Of a DNA stretch of 64,000 nt, positions 7,460 to 16,223 are shown in pieces. The stretch spans positions 2,450 through 66,449 of the forward strand of contig CASFBF010000011.1 of the NCBI GenBank assembly GCA_949292985.1, in the 5' to 3' direction. The notes under the pieces were generated by a model. That model searched no databases. It had not been told where the DNA came from and was given only the letters and a program-made list of their open reading frames with translations. A program made the position numbers and the translations under genes. This stretch comes from an uncultured Bacillota bacterium (GTDB lineage Bacteria > Bacillota > Clostridia > Christensenellales > UBA1242). Within the stretch, counting starts at the first letter, position 1, and each line of letters opens with the position of its first letter.

Positions 7460-8891
7460 AGCCTTTAATTAAGTCTTTTATTTTCTTGTTTATATCAAGC
7501 GAAATAATTGCAAAGGTTTTTGTATGACCTTTTGGTTTGTCGCTTCCAGTAATGGTTTCTTCCGCTGGTTTTTCTTCGGTTTTTACTTCTAAATTTTGTG
7601 TATTTTCATTTTCGCCGTTATTGTTTTCTTCTACCAAAGAAACAGTTTTTATTTTTAAGTCCTGTTCTTCTGGGTTTGTTTCCATAGGTTGCTGAATTTC
7701 ATCTTCGCCCTCTATAATTTCCTGTGTGTTTTCCTCGGCTTGCTCACGAGTTGTGGCAGGGTGAGGTGCTTTTTTATTTACATTTTCTCTTGCCTGTGGG
7801 CGAGGATTTTCAAATTTTATGTTTGCTGTTTCAGTTGTTGGTTCAATCACATCATTTTGATTTTGTAAATCCGAACTATCTTGCGCTGTAATATTTTGTT
7901 GGTCAGCGTTGTTTTCTTCCTCGATTTTTTCACCTTGGTTTAATGGAGCGTATCCACCAAACGCACCGTTGCGGAACGCGTTATTTGGGTTGTGATTAAA
8001 TCTGTAAGTGTCAATATTAGTTACGCCAGGTCCATATGTGTCGGTGTTCCTTGATGGATTAAATCTATTGTAACCATAACCGTTACCATATCCGTATGCA
8101 TTGTTATAACCGTTCCCGTATCCGTATGCACCATTGAAAGCACCGTTGTTTATGCCGTTGCTGTTGTATGGCAGGGTATAGTTTCCATTCATTATTTCAG
8201 CATTTTGTGGCATTTGTGTTTCTTGCTGATGTTGTTCAATTGTGGTGTTATCAAATTGCATTTGGCTTTCATCATATTGCTCATATTCTTCCGCCGAGTT
8301 ATCATAATCGCCATTTTCAACGCCGTTTAAAATATTTTCAATACTTTCAAGAGACGAAAGAATGTTTTTTAAATAACATTCTCTGGCACTCATACAGCAA
8401 GAAAGTCTTGTAAGTTTTGCGCCCATCATTTTGTCGTCGGGGTTGTTTTTTAGTTTTGAAATTCCGCTTATTGACCTGTTATAATCACTTTTTGTTTTAC
8501 CTAAATTGTTGTTGTATCTTTGCATTGCTGTTGTGAGTTCTGATATTGCGTTGGTGTTGGAATTTCCAAGTTTAACACCGTCGACAAGTTGTTTTTTTAT
8601 TGTTTTAACTTTTTGAAGTATTTGACTTTTCGTGTTTGCAATAGTTTGATTGGATTGATTTATGCTTTCATATGTTCCATTTAATGATTCATAAGATTGT
8701 GTTTGTGAAATCATGTCAACATCCAGCGTTTTGTCGTTGCCATTTGAGACTGCTGAAACTGTGTTGGTAACTCTATCTAATTGATGTGAAAGATTATCAA
8801 TTGCAGCGGTTTCGTTTGCATTATCGCCACAACCTGTTAGTGCCAAAACAGATGCTAGGGTTAAACCTGTGATAAATAGTGTTTTTTTCAT
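7458..8891 (-). CDS. hypothetical lipoprotein with a G/Y/N-rich low-complexity core and an acidic C-terminal region
   Basis: 477-aa ORF with a signal peptide plus lipobox (MKKTLFITGLTLASVLALTGC). Contains NGAYGYGNGYNNAYGYGNGYGYNRFNP repeats. AGGAGG lies upstream. No family recognised. Confidence 0.75.
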   Translation of the reverse strand: MKKTLFITGLTLASVLALTGCGDNANETAAIDNLSHQLDRVTNTVSAVSNGNDKTLDVDMISQTQSYESLNGTYESINQSNQTIANTKSQILQKVKTIKKQLVDGVKLGNSNTNAISELTTAMQRYNNNLGKTKSDYNRSISGISKLKNNPDDKMMGAKLTRLSCCMSARECYLKNILSSLESIENILNGVENGDYDNSAEEYEQYDESQMQFDNTTIEQHQQETQMPQNAEIMNGNYTLPYNSNGINNGAFNGAYGYGNGYNNAYGYGNGYGYNRFNPSRNTDTYGPGVTNIDTYRFNHNPNNAFRNGAFGGYAPLNQGEKIEEENNADQQNITAQDSSDLQNQNDVIEPTTETANIKFENPRPQARENVNKKAPHPATTREQAEENTQEIIEGEDEIQQPMETNPEEQDLKIKTVSLVEENNNGENENTQNLEVKTEEKPAEETITGSDKPKGHTKTFAIISLDINKKIKDLIKG

Positions 8892-8978
8892 ATATCCTCC
8901 TGTTTAACTTAGTTTGAGCATAAATTTTATGATTATTCTTTGAAGTTTTGGGGACACTAACAAAAAAATGAGGAGAAA

Positions 8979-9434
8979 ATGAAAAATCAGAAAATAAATG
9001 AAAAGTATAATGCGTATGTAGAAGCCAGAATTCCTAAAACAAAGCCATGGCCATCGCTTTTTAACTCTTTTTGGGTTGGTGGTTTAATTTGTTTAATCGG
9101 TCAAGGCATAAACGATTTAATTTTATATCTATTTCCGTCTATGGCACAGCAATCGGCCTGGGCTTGGACGCTTATAATACTCATATTTCTTGCTTCGTTT
9201 TTAACTGCGATTGGTGTTTATGATAAAATAGGGAAATTTGCAGGCGGTGGCAGTATTGTTCCAATAACAGGATTTTCTAATTCGATATCTTCACCCGCTA
9301 TTGAATTCAAGCATGAGGGGATAATCTATGGCACATGCGTTAAAATGTTTACAATTGCAGGGCCGGTTATAGTTGTGGGCGTTGTATCTAGTGTTCTTGT
9401 AGGGATAATTTATTACATAATAGGATTGTTTTAA
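8979..9434 (+). CDS. spoVAC: stage V sporulation protein AC
   Basis: 151-aa 4-TM protein (WPSLFNSFWVGGLICLIGQG...GGGSIVPITGF), first gene of a spoVAC-AD-AE triplet. Confidence 0.92.
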   Translation: MKNQKINEKYNAYVEARIPKTKPWPSLFNSFWVGGLICLIGQGINDLILYLFPSMAQQSAWAWTLIILIFLASFLTAIGVYDKIGKFAGGGSIVPITGFSNSISSPAIEFKHEGIIYGTCVKMFTIAGPVIVVGVVSSVLVGIIYYIIGLF

Positions 9435-9435
9435 A

Positions 9436-10431
9436 ATGCAGACGATTGAGTTTAAAAGAAAACCAAAAATAATAGGCAGTTATTCGATAGTAGGGCCAAA
9501 AGAGGGGCAAGGACCTTTTGGTAAGTATTTTGATTATGTTATGCAAGACGATTTATTTGGCGAAAAAACATATGAACTAGCCGAGCGTAAAATGTTCGAG
9601 CAGGCTGTGACGGGTGCATTGCAAAGTGCAGGACTAAAAAGTTCGGATATAAACCTGATGCTTGCAGGTGATTTGCTTAACCAAATTATTTCTTCATCTT
9701 TTACAGCCAGGGCGTTTAATATGCCTTATTTAGGGCTGTTTGGTGCATGTTCAACAATGGCGGAAACATTAGCCACGGGCGCTACTTTAATAGACGGTGG
9801 GTATTTTGATAATGTAGTATGTGTAACGGGCTCGCATTTTTCTACGGCGGAAAGACAGTTCAGATTTCCTCTTGAACTTGGCAACCAGCGTGTGCCAACT
9901 TCTCAGTGGACGGTTACGGCCTCTGGCGCTTCGGTTTTGTCGCTTGAAGGGAAAGGGCCTCAGATTTGTATGGCAACTTTTGGAAAAGTGATAGATTACG
10001 GAGTGATAGATATGAACAATATGGGAGCGGCTATGGCGCCTTCATCGGCAGATACGATTATAACTCATTTCCAAGATACTGGCAGAAAACCTTCCGATTA
10101 TGATTTAATAGTTACTGGCGATTTAGGGAAACTTGGTGGCGAAATTTTATTAGATTTATTAGAAGAAAAAGGAATTAAACTAGGTTTAAAATATTGTGAC
10201 TGTGGGCATTGCTATTACACCAGAAGGCAGGATACAATGTGTGGTGCAAGCGGTTGTGGCGTTAGTGCTTCGGTTTTAAATTCTTACATTGTTAAAAAGA
10301 TGAAAAAAGGTGAATATAAAAGGGTTTTGTTTGTTCCAACAGGCGCTTTAATGTCAACTACTGCTTGCCAACAAGGAGAATCTATCCCTGGTGTAAGTCA
10401 TGCTATTGTTTTAGAAGCAGGGGGTGAATAA
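9436..10431 (+). CDS. spoVAD: stage V sporulation protein AD
   Basis: 331-aa thiolase-fold-like protein (VGPKEGQGPFG...GACSTMAE...MSTTACQQGESIPGVSHA), a typical SpoVAD pattern. Confidence 0.92.
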   Translation: MQTIEFKRKPKIIGSYSIVGPKEGQGPFGKYFDYVMQDDLFGEKTYELAERKMFEQAVTGALQSAGLKSSDINLMLAGDLLNQIISSSFTARAFNMPYLGLFGACSTMAETLATGATLIDGGYFDNVVCVTGSHFSTAERQFRFPLELGNQRVPTSQWTVTASGASVLSLEGKGPQICMATFGKVIDYGVIDMNNMGAAMAPSSADTIITHFQDTGRKPSDYDLIVTGDLGKLGGEILLDLLEEKGIKLGLKYCDCGHCYYTRRQDTMCGASGCGVSASVLNSYIVKKMKKGEYKRVLFVPTGALMSTTACQQGESIPGVSHAIVLEAGGE

Positions 10432-10784
10432 TGCAATATCTTTGGGTGTTTTTAATTGGTGGGTTTATATGTATGCTTGGTGAAGTGCTTATAATAACAA
10501 CAAAAATAACATCGGCACGCATTCTGGTTTCGTTTGTTTTGTTAGGTGTTCTTTTACAGGCATTGAATATTTTTGACCCAATTTCTGCATTTGCAAAGGC
10601 GGGAATAAATGTGCCGATTGTGGGTTTTGGTGCGTCTCTTGCAAAAGGGGCAATGGGTGCTGTCGAGTCAAGCGGGCTGTTAGGTGCTTTCACAGGTGGG
10701 CTTCAAGCAACAGCAGGTGGAATTGCTGCGGCGATTGGGTTTGCTTTCCTGTTTTCTTTAATTTCAAATTCAAAAACTAAATAG
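10431..10784 (+). CDS. spoVAE: stage V sporulation protein AE (SpoVAEB type)
   Basis: 117-aa membrane protein (FLIGGFICMLGEVL...VPIVGFGASLAKG). Its start overlaps the spoVAD stop. Confidence 0.9.
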   Translation: MQYLWVFLIGGFICMLGEVLIITTKITSARILVSFVLLGVLLQALNIFDPISAFAKAGINVPIVGFGASLAKGAMGAVESSGLLGAFTGGLQATAGGIAAAIGFAFLFSLISNSKTK

Positions 10785-10785
10785 T

Positions 10786-10810
10786 GTATGTATTATGTCA
10801 TAATACATAC
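10786..10810. repeat. palindrome family copy P2: GTATGTATTATG-T-CATAATACATAC
   Basis: 12-bp perfect arms around a single T, immediately after the spoVAE stop and followed by TATATTTTGTTTT. Confidence 0.8.
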
Positions 10811-10857
10811 TATATTTTGTTTTCAATTTTATTTGATGTCAATCATATATAAATAAT

Positions 10858-11514
10858 ATGAAAAAAGTCAAGAACAAAAGATTAAGCCTAAAAGTCAAGG
10901 CTTATATTTGCCTTGGCTGTGTTTTGTTTTTTCTTTTAACGGTTTTTTTGTATTTTAATTTTATTGTTGGGCCTTTGGTTGTGGAGGTTTCAAGGGCGCA
11001 GGTTGATTCGGTTGCAACAACTGCAGTAAGTGATGCAATATACGATGTGATTCAAGAAGAAGGCTATACTTATCAAGATTTTATTGAGGTTCAATATACA
11101 ACTGAAAACACAGTTTCTTCAATTACCGCCAACGCAATAGAGTTGAATAATTTTGCCAGAGAACTTTCTACTTTGATACAAATTTATTTAGATGATGTTG
11201 GTGAACATGATATAAGCGTCCCGCTGGGAACTTTCACGGGGATAACGGCTTTGTCGGGTGTTGGACCAAAAATTTCAATAAATATTGTTCCTATTGGTTC
11301 AGTTATTACTTCTTTTTCGTCATCATTTGAAAGCGCGGGTATTAACCAGACTAAGCATTCGTTATATATTGATGCAAACATATCAATAAGTGTTATATTA
11401 CCTCTTACAACAAAGCGTGTAGATTTTGTTACGCAAGTTTTGATTTGTGAAAATATAATTGTTGGGAAAGTACCGGAATTCTATTTTTCTTCGGGTAATT
11501 CCGTATTTGGTTGA
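10858..11514 (+). CDS. yunB: sporulation protein YunB
   Basis: 218-aa protein with an N-terminal TM segment and motifs VPLGTFTGITALSGVGPKISINIVPIG, GINQTKHSLYIDANISISVILP and GKVPEFY, which match the YunB family pattern. Confidence 0.85.
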   Translation: MKKVKNKRLSLKVKAYICLGCVLFFLLTVFLYFNFIVGPLVVEVSRAQVDSVATTAVSDAIYDVIQEEGYTYQDFIEVQYTTENTVSSITANAIELNNFARELSTLIQIYLDDVGEHDISVPLGTFTGITALSGVGPKISINIVPIGSVITSFSSSFESAGINQTKHSLYIDANISISVILPLTTKRVDFVTQVLICENIIVGKVPEFYFSSGNSVFG

Positions 11515-12374
11515 TGGTTTAAAATAGCGTTAAAGTCGTCTGGTAAGGGTGCCGTAACAGTTATTGGCAAGCAGTTTAACGGTGGGCGTACTATTGCGCT
11601 TGCGCAGTGTAACATTACGCGAGGCGCAAGGTCTTCTTCCTTGCCGTATAACTTGTCGCCAAGTAGAGGGTGGCCTATGCTTGAAAGATGTACACGAATT
11701 TGGTGTGTTCTGCCTTGTTGCAATGATATTTCCAGTAAACTTATATTGTTTAAGCTTTTTAATACTTTAACATGTGTTTGGGCGTTTTTGCCGTCTTGTG
11801 AAATTTCTCGTTTTTGTTGATTGATTTGATTATTTATTAGTGTGGCAATGGGTTTGTCAATTTCAAATTCTTGTTTGGTAAATGTGCCATGGCATAAAGC
11901 AAGATATGTTTTCTTGTGCGAAGTCATAGAGGCTGAAAATTGGTTTTTGGTGATTATTAAAACTCCCGATGTTTCTTTGTCTAATCTTCCTAAAACTCTG
12001 TAAACGAATGGTTGATTGTATTTTTGCATATAAAACATAACCGCAGATGCGATGTTGTTTTCAAAATGGCGCTTGGATGGAATACTTGGCATTGAAGCAG
12101 GTTTGTTTATTATTAGCAGGTCTTCGTCTTCATACAAAATATCTAATGCAAACTGTATAGGCTTGATTTGTGAAGATGCGTTTTCAAAAAAAGTCACCTT
12201 CAATTTGTCGCCTTTTTTTAATTTGCTACGCATGTTGGCTGGCGAGCCATCGATTGTTAGAGAATTGGGAAGTTTTCGTAGCGTGGAAATAAGGGCTTCT
12301 GAAAAACCCTTATCTTTTAAAAAGTAATATAGTTTATCGTAATCTTTATTGGGAGATAATAATAAAGTTTTCAT
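11481..12374 (-). CDS. RluA family pseudouridine synthase
   Basis: S4-like N-terminus, then catalytic RLDKETSGVLII and HQIRVHL motifs. The start is set at MKTLLL (12374) because the pheS leader promoter occupies 12396-12424. Confidence 0.88.
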   Translation of the reverse strand: MKTLLLSPNKDYDKLYYFLKDKGFSEALISTLRKLPNSLTIDGSPANMRSKLKKGDKLKVTFFENASSQIKPIQFALDILYEDEDLLIINKPASMPSIPSKRHFENNIASAVMFYMQKYNQPFVYRVLGRLDKETSGVLIITKNQFSASMTSHKKTYLALCHGTFTKQEFEIDKPIATLINNQINQQKREISQDGKNAQTHVKVLKSLNNISLLEISLQQGRTHQIRVHLSSIGHPLLGDKLYGKEEDLAPRVMLHCASAIVRPPLNCLPITVTAPLPDDFNAILNHQPNTELPEEK

Positions 12375-12395
12375 ATAAAAATTATAGCATATTGT

Positions 12396-12424
12396 TTGAC
12401 AAAAATTTGCGTTCATGCTAAAAT
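12396..12424 (+). promoter_or_regulatory. sigma-A-type promoter of the pheST T-box leader
   Basis: TTGACA (12396-12401), a 17-nt spacer, then TAAAAT (12419-12424). Confidence 0.7.
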
Positions 12425-12439
12425 TTTTTTAATTATAAA

Positions 12440-12668
12440 GGCAATGACGAAAGACGTGGCTAAATAAAGCATTTTTCAGAGAGGCTTAGTATGGTGGAAT
12501 AAGCCAAATGTTGTTTAGCGAATTCACTTTCAGAGCTGTTTGATTGAAATTAAGTAGGTCAAACCGGTTGCAACCGTAATATTGCAAATGAGGGCGCTAA
12601 TGCGCTGAAATTAGGTGGTAAAGCGAAGTTGAAACTCTCGCCCTATGTTTTAGGGGAGAGTTTTTTTA
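12440..12668 (+). promoter_or_regulatory. T-box leader (Phe-specific) with terminator/antiterminator
   Basis: Stem I elements CAGAGAGG and GGTGGAA. Candidate UUC specifier followed by A at 12523-12526. T-box sequence AAATTAGGTGGTAAAGCG at 12608-12625. Terminator CTCTCGCCCT...AGGGGAGAG plus T7 at 12636-12667. It lies directly upstream of pheS. Confidence 0.85.
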
Positions 12669-12680
12669 AAAGGAGATTTT

Positions 12681-13700
12681 ATGCAAGAACAGTTAAAACA
12701 ATTAAAAGAAGAGGCGCTATCGGAAATTGCCAAAGTTAGCGATAAAGCGTCTTTAAATGATTTTAAGGTGAAATACCTTGGTAAACAAGGTTTGTTAACC
12801 CAAATATTAAGAGGCATGAGAGATTTGCCAAGCGAGCAAAGGCCTGTTATTGGTGCGCTTGTAAATGAAGTGCGTTCTCAAATTGAAGCCGAAATATCTG
12901 ATAAGGAAAATTTATTTGAAAAACAGGAACTTGAAAGCGAACTTGCCAAAAATTATATAGATATAACAGAACCTGCAAAGGGACACGAACGTGGTGCTTT
13001 GCATCCTCTTTCCAGGGTTTTTGAACTTTTAATAGATTCCTGTGTAAATATGGGCTTTAAAGTTGTGGAAGGGCCAGAAATTGAACTTGACTATTATAAT
13101 TTTGAAGCATTAAACATTCCTAAAAATCATCCATCTCGTGACATGCAAGATACGTTCTTTATTACTGATAATATTTTGCTTAGGTCTCAAACTTCTTCTG
13201 TTCAAGCCAGAGCAATGGAAAATATGAAACCACCTTTCAAAATAATTTCACCGGGCAGAGTATTTAGAAATGATAGCGATGCCACACATTCGCCAGTGTT
13301 CCATCAAATGGAAGGGCTTGTGATTGATGAAAACATTTCAATGGCAGATTTAAAAGCAATGCTTATAGTGCTTATGAGAAAAACCTTTGGTGAGCAAACT
13401 CAAATAAGATTTAGGCCGTCATTCTTTCCATTCACTGAACCAAGCGTTGAAGTTGATGTAACTTGTCCGTCTTGTCACGGAAAGGGTTGTAGGCTCTGTA
13501 AAGGGACGGGCTTTATGGAATTGCTTGGTGCAGGGATTGTAAACCCTAAGGTGCTTGAAGCGAATGGAATTGATAGTAAAAAATATAGGGGCTTTGCTTT
13601 TGGTTTTGGTGTTGATAGGGTCGCTATGGTAAAGAATAGTATTTCTGATATTCGCTCTATGTTTAAAAATGATATACGCTTCTTAAAGCAAATGAAATAA
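12681..13700 (+). CDS. pheS: phenylalanine--tRNA ligase alpha subunit
   Basis: 339-aa protein with class II aaRS motifs (HPSRDMQDTFF, FRNDSDATHSPVFHQMEG, GFAFGFGVDR). Confidence 0.96.
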   Translation: MQEQLKQLKEEALSEIAKVSDKASLNDFKVKYLGKQGLLTQILRGMRDLPSEQRPVIGALVNEVRSQIEAEISDKENLFEKQELESELAKNYIDITEPAKGHERGALHPLSRVFELLIDSCVNMGFKVVEGPEIELDYYNFEALNIPKNHPSRDMQDTFFITDNILLRSQTSSVQARAMENMKPPFKIISPGRVFRNDSDATHSPVFHQMEGLVIDENISMADLKAMLIVLMRKTFGEQTQIRFRPSFFPFTEPSVEVDVTCPSCHGKGCRLCKGTGFMELLGAGIVNPKVLEANGIDSKKYRGFAFGFGVDRVAMVKNSISDIRSMFKNDIRFLKQMK

Positions 13701-13703
13701 AAG

Positions 13704-13733
13704 GTATTATGTTATAAAAAAATAACATAATAC
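13704..13733. repeat. palindrome family copy P3: GTATTATGTTAT-A6-ATAACATAATAC
   Basis: 12-bp perfect arms with an A6 loop, 4 nt after the pheS stop. Confidence 0.8.
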
Positions 13734-13788
13734 ATCATAAAATTTTATAACAATTATTTTAAAATAATAAAATATATCAAAAAAACAA

Positions 13789-13818
13789 CTATTATGTTAT
13801 AAAAGTATAACAGAATAG
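13789..13818. repeat. palindrome family copy P4: CTATTATGTTAT-AAAAGT-ATAACAGAATAG
   Basis: 12-bp arms with one mismatch. The copy ends just upstream of the pheT RBS AAAAAGGAG. Confidence 0.7.
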
Positions 13819-13835
13819 ATGAAAAAGGAGAAAAT

Positions 13836-16223
13836 ATGAAGGTAACATACAACTGGTTGAAGGATTTTGTTGATATTGAAGATTCGCCAGAAAAACTTGC
13901 AGAAAGGCTTACAAATGCCGGTTTTGAAGTGGAAGAGACAATTTATCAAAATGAGCATTTGCACCATGTTAAAGTTGGAAGGATTGAAAAAATTGAAAAG
14001 CATCCTGATGCTGATAAGTTGCAAGTTTGTCAAGTTTCTTTGGGAGATGAAAATGTTCAAATTATAACAGCAGCAACTAATATCTTTGAGGGTGCTGTTG
14101 TTCCTGTATCTTTGCCTGGCGCTGATTTAGTTAACGGGATAAAAATTCAAAAATCTAAGTTGCGTGGCGTTGAAAGTGAAGGTATGTTCTGTTCTGGTGA
14201 AGAGTTAGGCATTGATGATAGTTATATTGAAGGTGCTTCTGTCAATGGTATTTTAATTTTACCTAACAGTTTTAAATTAGGCGAAGATATTGATGTTGCT
14301 TTGGGGCTTAATGATGTAATTTACGATATAAATATAACTCCAAATCGTCCAGATTGTATGAGCGTTATTGGTATAGCGAGAGAGGTTTGTGCTATTTACG
14401 GAAAGCCTTTCAAACAACCTAATTTTAAGTATATTTCAATTGGTGATAGGGCTAGCGAACATATTGCCGTTGAAAGAAAAAGTGCTTCATGTTCACGATA
14501 TATGGCGGCAGTTGTAAAAAATGTTAAAATTAAAAAATCTCCTGATTGGCTTAGACACAGGCTTTTTGCAGTGGGGATTAAGTCTATAAATAATGTTGTA
14601 GATTTAACCAATTATGTTTTGATTGAAATGGGACAACCTTTGCATGCGTTTGATAAAAATATGATAGAAGGCTCAACAATCGTGGTTAGAGATGCTTATG
14701 AAGGCGAAAAAATAAGCGTTTTAAATCATAACACTTACACTCTTTCTCCATCAGACCTTGTGATTGCTGATAAACAAAAAGCCATGGTTATTGCGGGTGT
14801 TATTGGCGGGACAAATTCTTGCATTACTGACCAAACGACTTCGGTTGTTATTGAATCTGCGGTTTTCGATTTGAAATCAGTCCGTCTTACAAGCAGAAAA
14901 ATAGGTGTGAGAACAGATTCTTCGGCTAGGTATGAAAAAGGTGTGTATTTCGCTAGTGCTGAGCAGGGTATTAAAAGAATGCTGAGTTTAATGTGCGAAC
15001 TGGGGGTTGGAGATATTTTAGGCGGAATAATTGATAAGTTTGATTTCAATCCACTTGAAAAAACCATAACTTGCTCTTGCAAGGAAATTGATGAAATTTT
15101 AGGTGTTAAAATACCAAAAAGCGACATTCAAAGAATTTTGGTTGGTCTTGGAATTGAATGCAAGATTGAAGGTGATGTTATAAACGCAAAAGTTCCTGCT
15201 TATAGGGAAGATTTAGAAAATGCTTATGACCTTGCAGAAGAAGTTATAAGAATTTATGGCTATGATGTATATGACAATGTTAACACAACCTTGTTTGAAA
15301 AATCCAAAGTAACAGAAGGCGGGCTTGACGAAAAAACTGCGCTTGAAAGAAAAATCAAAAATGCGCTCGTGTGCAATGGTTTTTATGAGGCGCTTAACTA
15401 CTCTTTGTGCCCACCTGATATTTGTGAAAAACTTAATATTAAAGATAATCGCAGATTTATGGTTAAAATTGCAAATCCGATAGGTGAAGATATTTCTTGC
15501 CTTAGAACCACAATGGCGCACTCTATGCTTGCAAGTTTAGCATATAATTTAAGCGTTGGTAACAAAGCGGTTAATTTGTTTGAAGCAGGCAGAACTTATG
15601 CTCCTAAATCTCTTCCACTTGCAGAATTGCCAGATGAGGTTAACTGGATTAGCATGGGGTCAACTACAATGGATTTCGCTGAATTTAAGGATTGTGTTTT
15701 GAGTGCGATTGAAGAAACTGGATTGAAATATCATCTTGTTCGCTCAAAAGAAACATGTTTGCATCCTGGTGTTTCGGCAGATGTGGTTGATGAAGAGGGC
15801 AATGTTTATGCTACTTTTGGACAGTTGCATCCTTTGGTTGCAAAAAACTATGAACTTCCTAAAACAACAATGTATGGCGAGATAAATTTAGATAAACTTA
15901 TCCCGTTTAAAAATAAGATTTTTGTTGTTAAGCCTGTTTCAAAATTCCCGATTGTAGAAAGGGATTTGGCGGTTGTGGTTAAAGAAGATATTTCAAATGC
16001 TGATTTAACAGCAGCGATAAAGTCGGCTTGTGGCAAGATTTTCTATGATGTCAAGTTATTTGATATTTATAGAAGTTCGGCGTTGGGAGAAGGGCTTAAA
16101 AGTATGGCTTACAACATAAAACTCTCTGATGAAAACAAAACGCTAACCGACGAAGAGGTAACTGATGTTATCGGCAAAGTGCTTAAAGCACTTAAATTTA
16201 GATACGGGGCTACGCTTAGATGA
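13836..16223 (+). CDS. pheT: phenylalanine--tRNA ligase beta subunit
   Basis: 795-aa protein with the N-terminus MKVTYNWLKDFV, tRNA-binding, B3/4 and B5 domains, and an FDX-ACB C-terminal pattern. Confidence 0.96.
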   Translation: MKVTYNWLKDFVDIEDSPEKLAERLTNAGFEVEETIYQNEHLHHVKVGRIEKIEKHPDADKLQVCQVSLGDENVQIITAATNIFEGAVVPVSLPGADLVNGIKIQKSKLRGVESEGMFCSGEELGIDDSYIEGASVNGILILPNSFKLGEDIDVALGLNDVIYDINITPNRPDCMSVIGIAREVCAIYGKPFKQPNFKYISIGDRASEHIAVERKSASCSRYMAAVVKNVKIKKSPDWLRHRLFAVGIKSINNVVDLTNYVLIEMGQPLHAFDKNMIEGSTIVVRDAYEGEKISVLNHNTYTLSPSDLVIADKQKAMVIAGVIGGTNSCITDQTTSVVIESAVFDLKSVRLTSRKIGVRTDSSARYEKGVYFASAEQGIKRMLSLMCELGVGDILGGIIDKFDFNPLEKTITCSCKEIDEILGVKIPKSDIQRILVGLGIECKIEGDVINAKVPAYREDLENAYDLAEEVIRIYGYDVYDNVNTTLFEKSKVTEGGLDEKTALERKIKNALVCNGFYEALNYSLCPPDICEKLNIKDNRRFMVKIANPIGEDISCLRTTMAHSMLASLAYNLSVGNKAVNLFEAGRTYAPKSLPLAELPDEVNWISMGSTTMDFAEFKDCVLSAIEETGLKYHLVRSKETCLHPGVSADVVDEEGNVYATFGQLHPLVAKNYELPKTTMYGEINLDKLIPFKNKIFVVKPVSKFPIVERDLAVVVKEDISNADLTAAIKSACGKIFYDVKLFDIYRSSALGEGLKSMAYNIKLSDENKTLTDEEVTDVIGKVLKALKFRYGATLR

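Noticed and set aside
8892-8978. A forespore-type promoter for spoVA: GGGGACACTA at about 8948-8957 fits the sigma F -10 pattern GGnnAnAhTr.
   Set aside because: I could not find a convincing -35 (GYATA-like) element at the correct spacing. It is left as unconfirmed rather than reported as a feature.
13690-13722. There is a dif-like reading of the palindrome arms: TTATGTTATAA against the E. coli XerD arm TTATGTTAAAT. The same applies at 25829-25839.
   Set aside because: The motif is part of a multi-copy family, whereas dif should be unique. The left arms do not resemble XerC-type arms, and the arm polarity of the palindromes is the inverse of dif.
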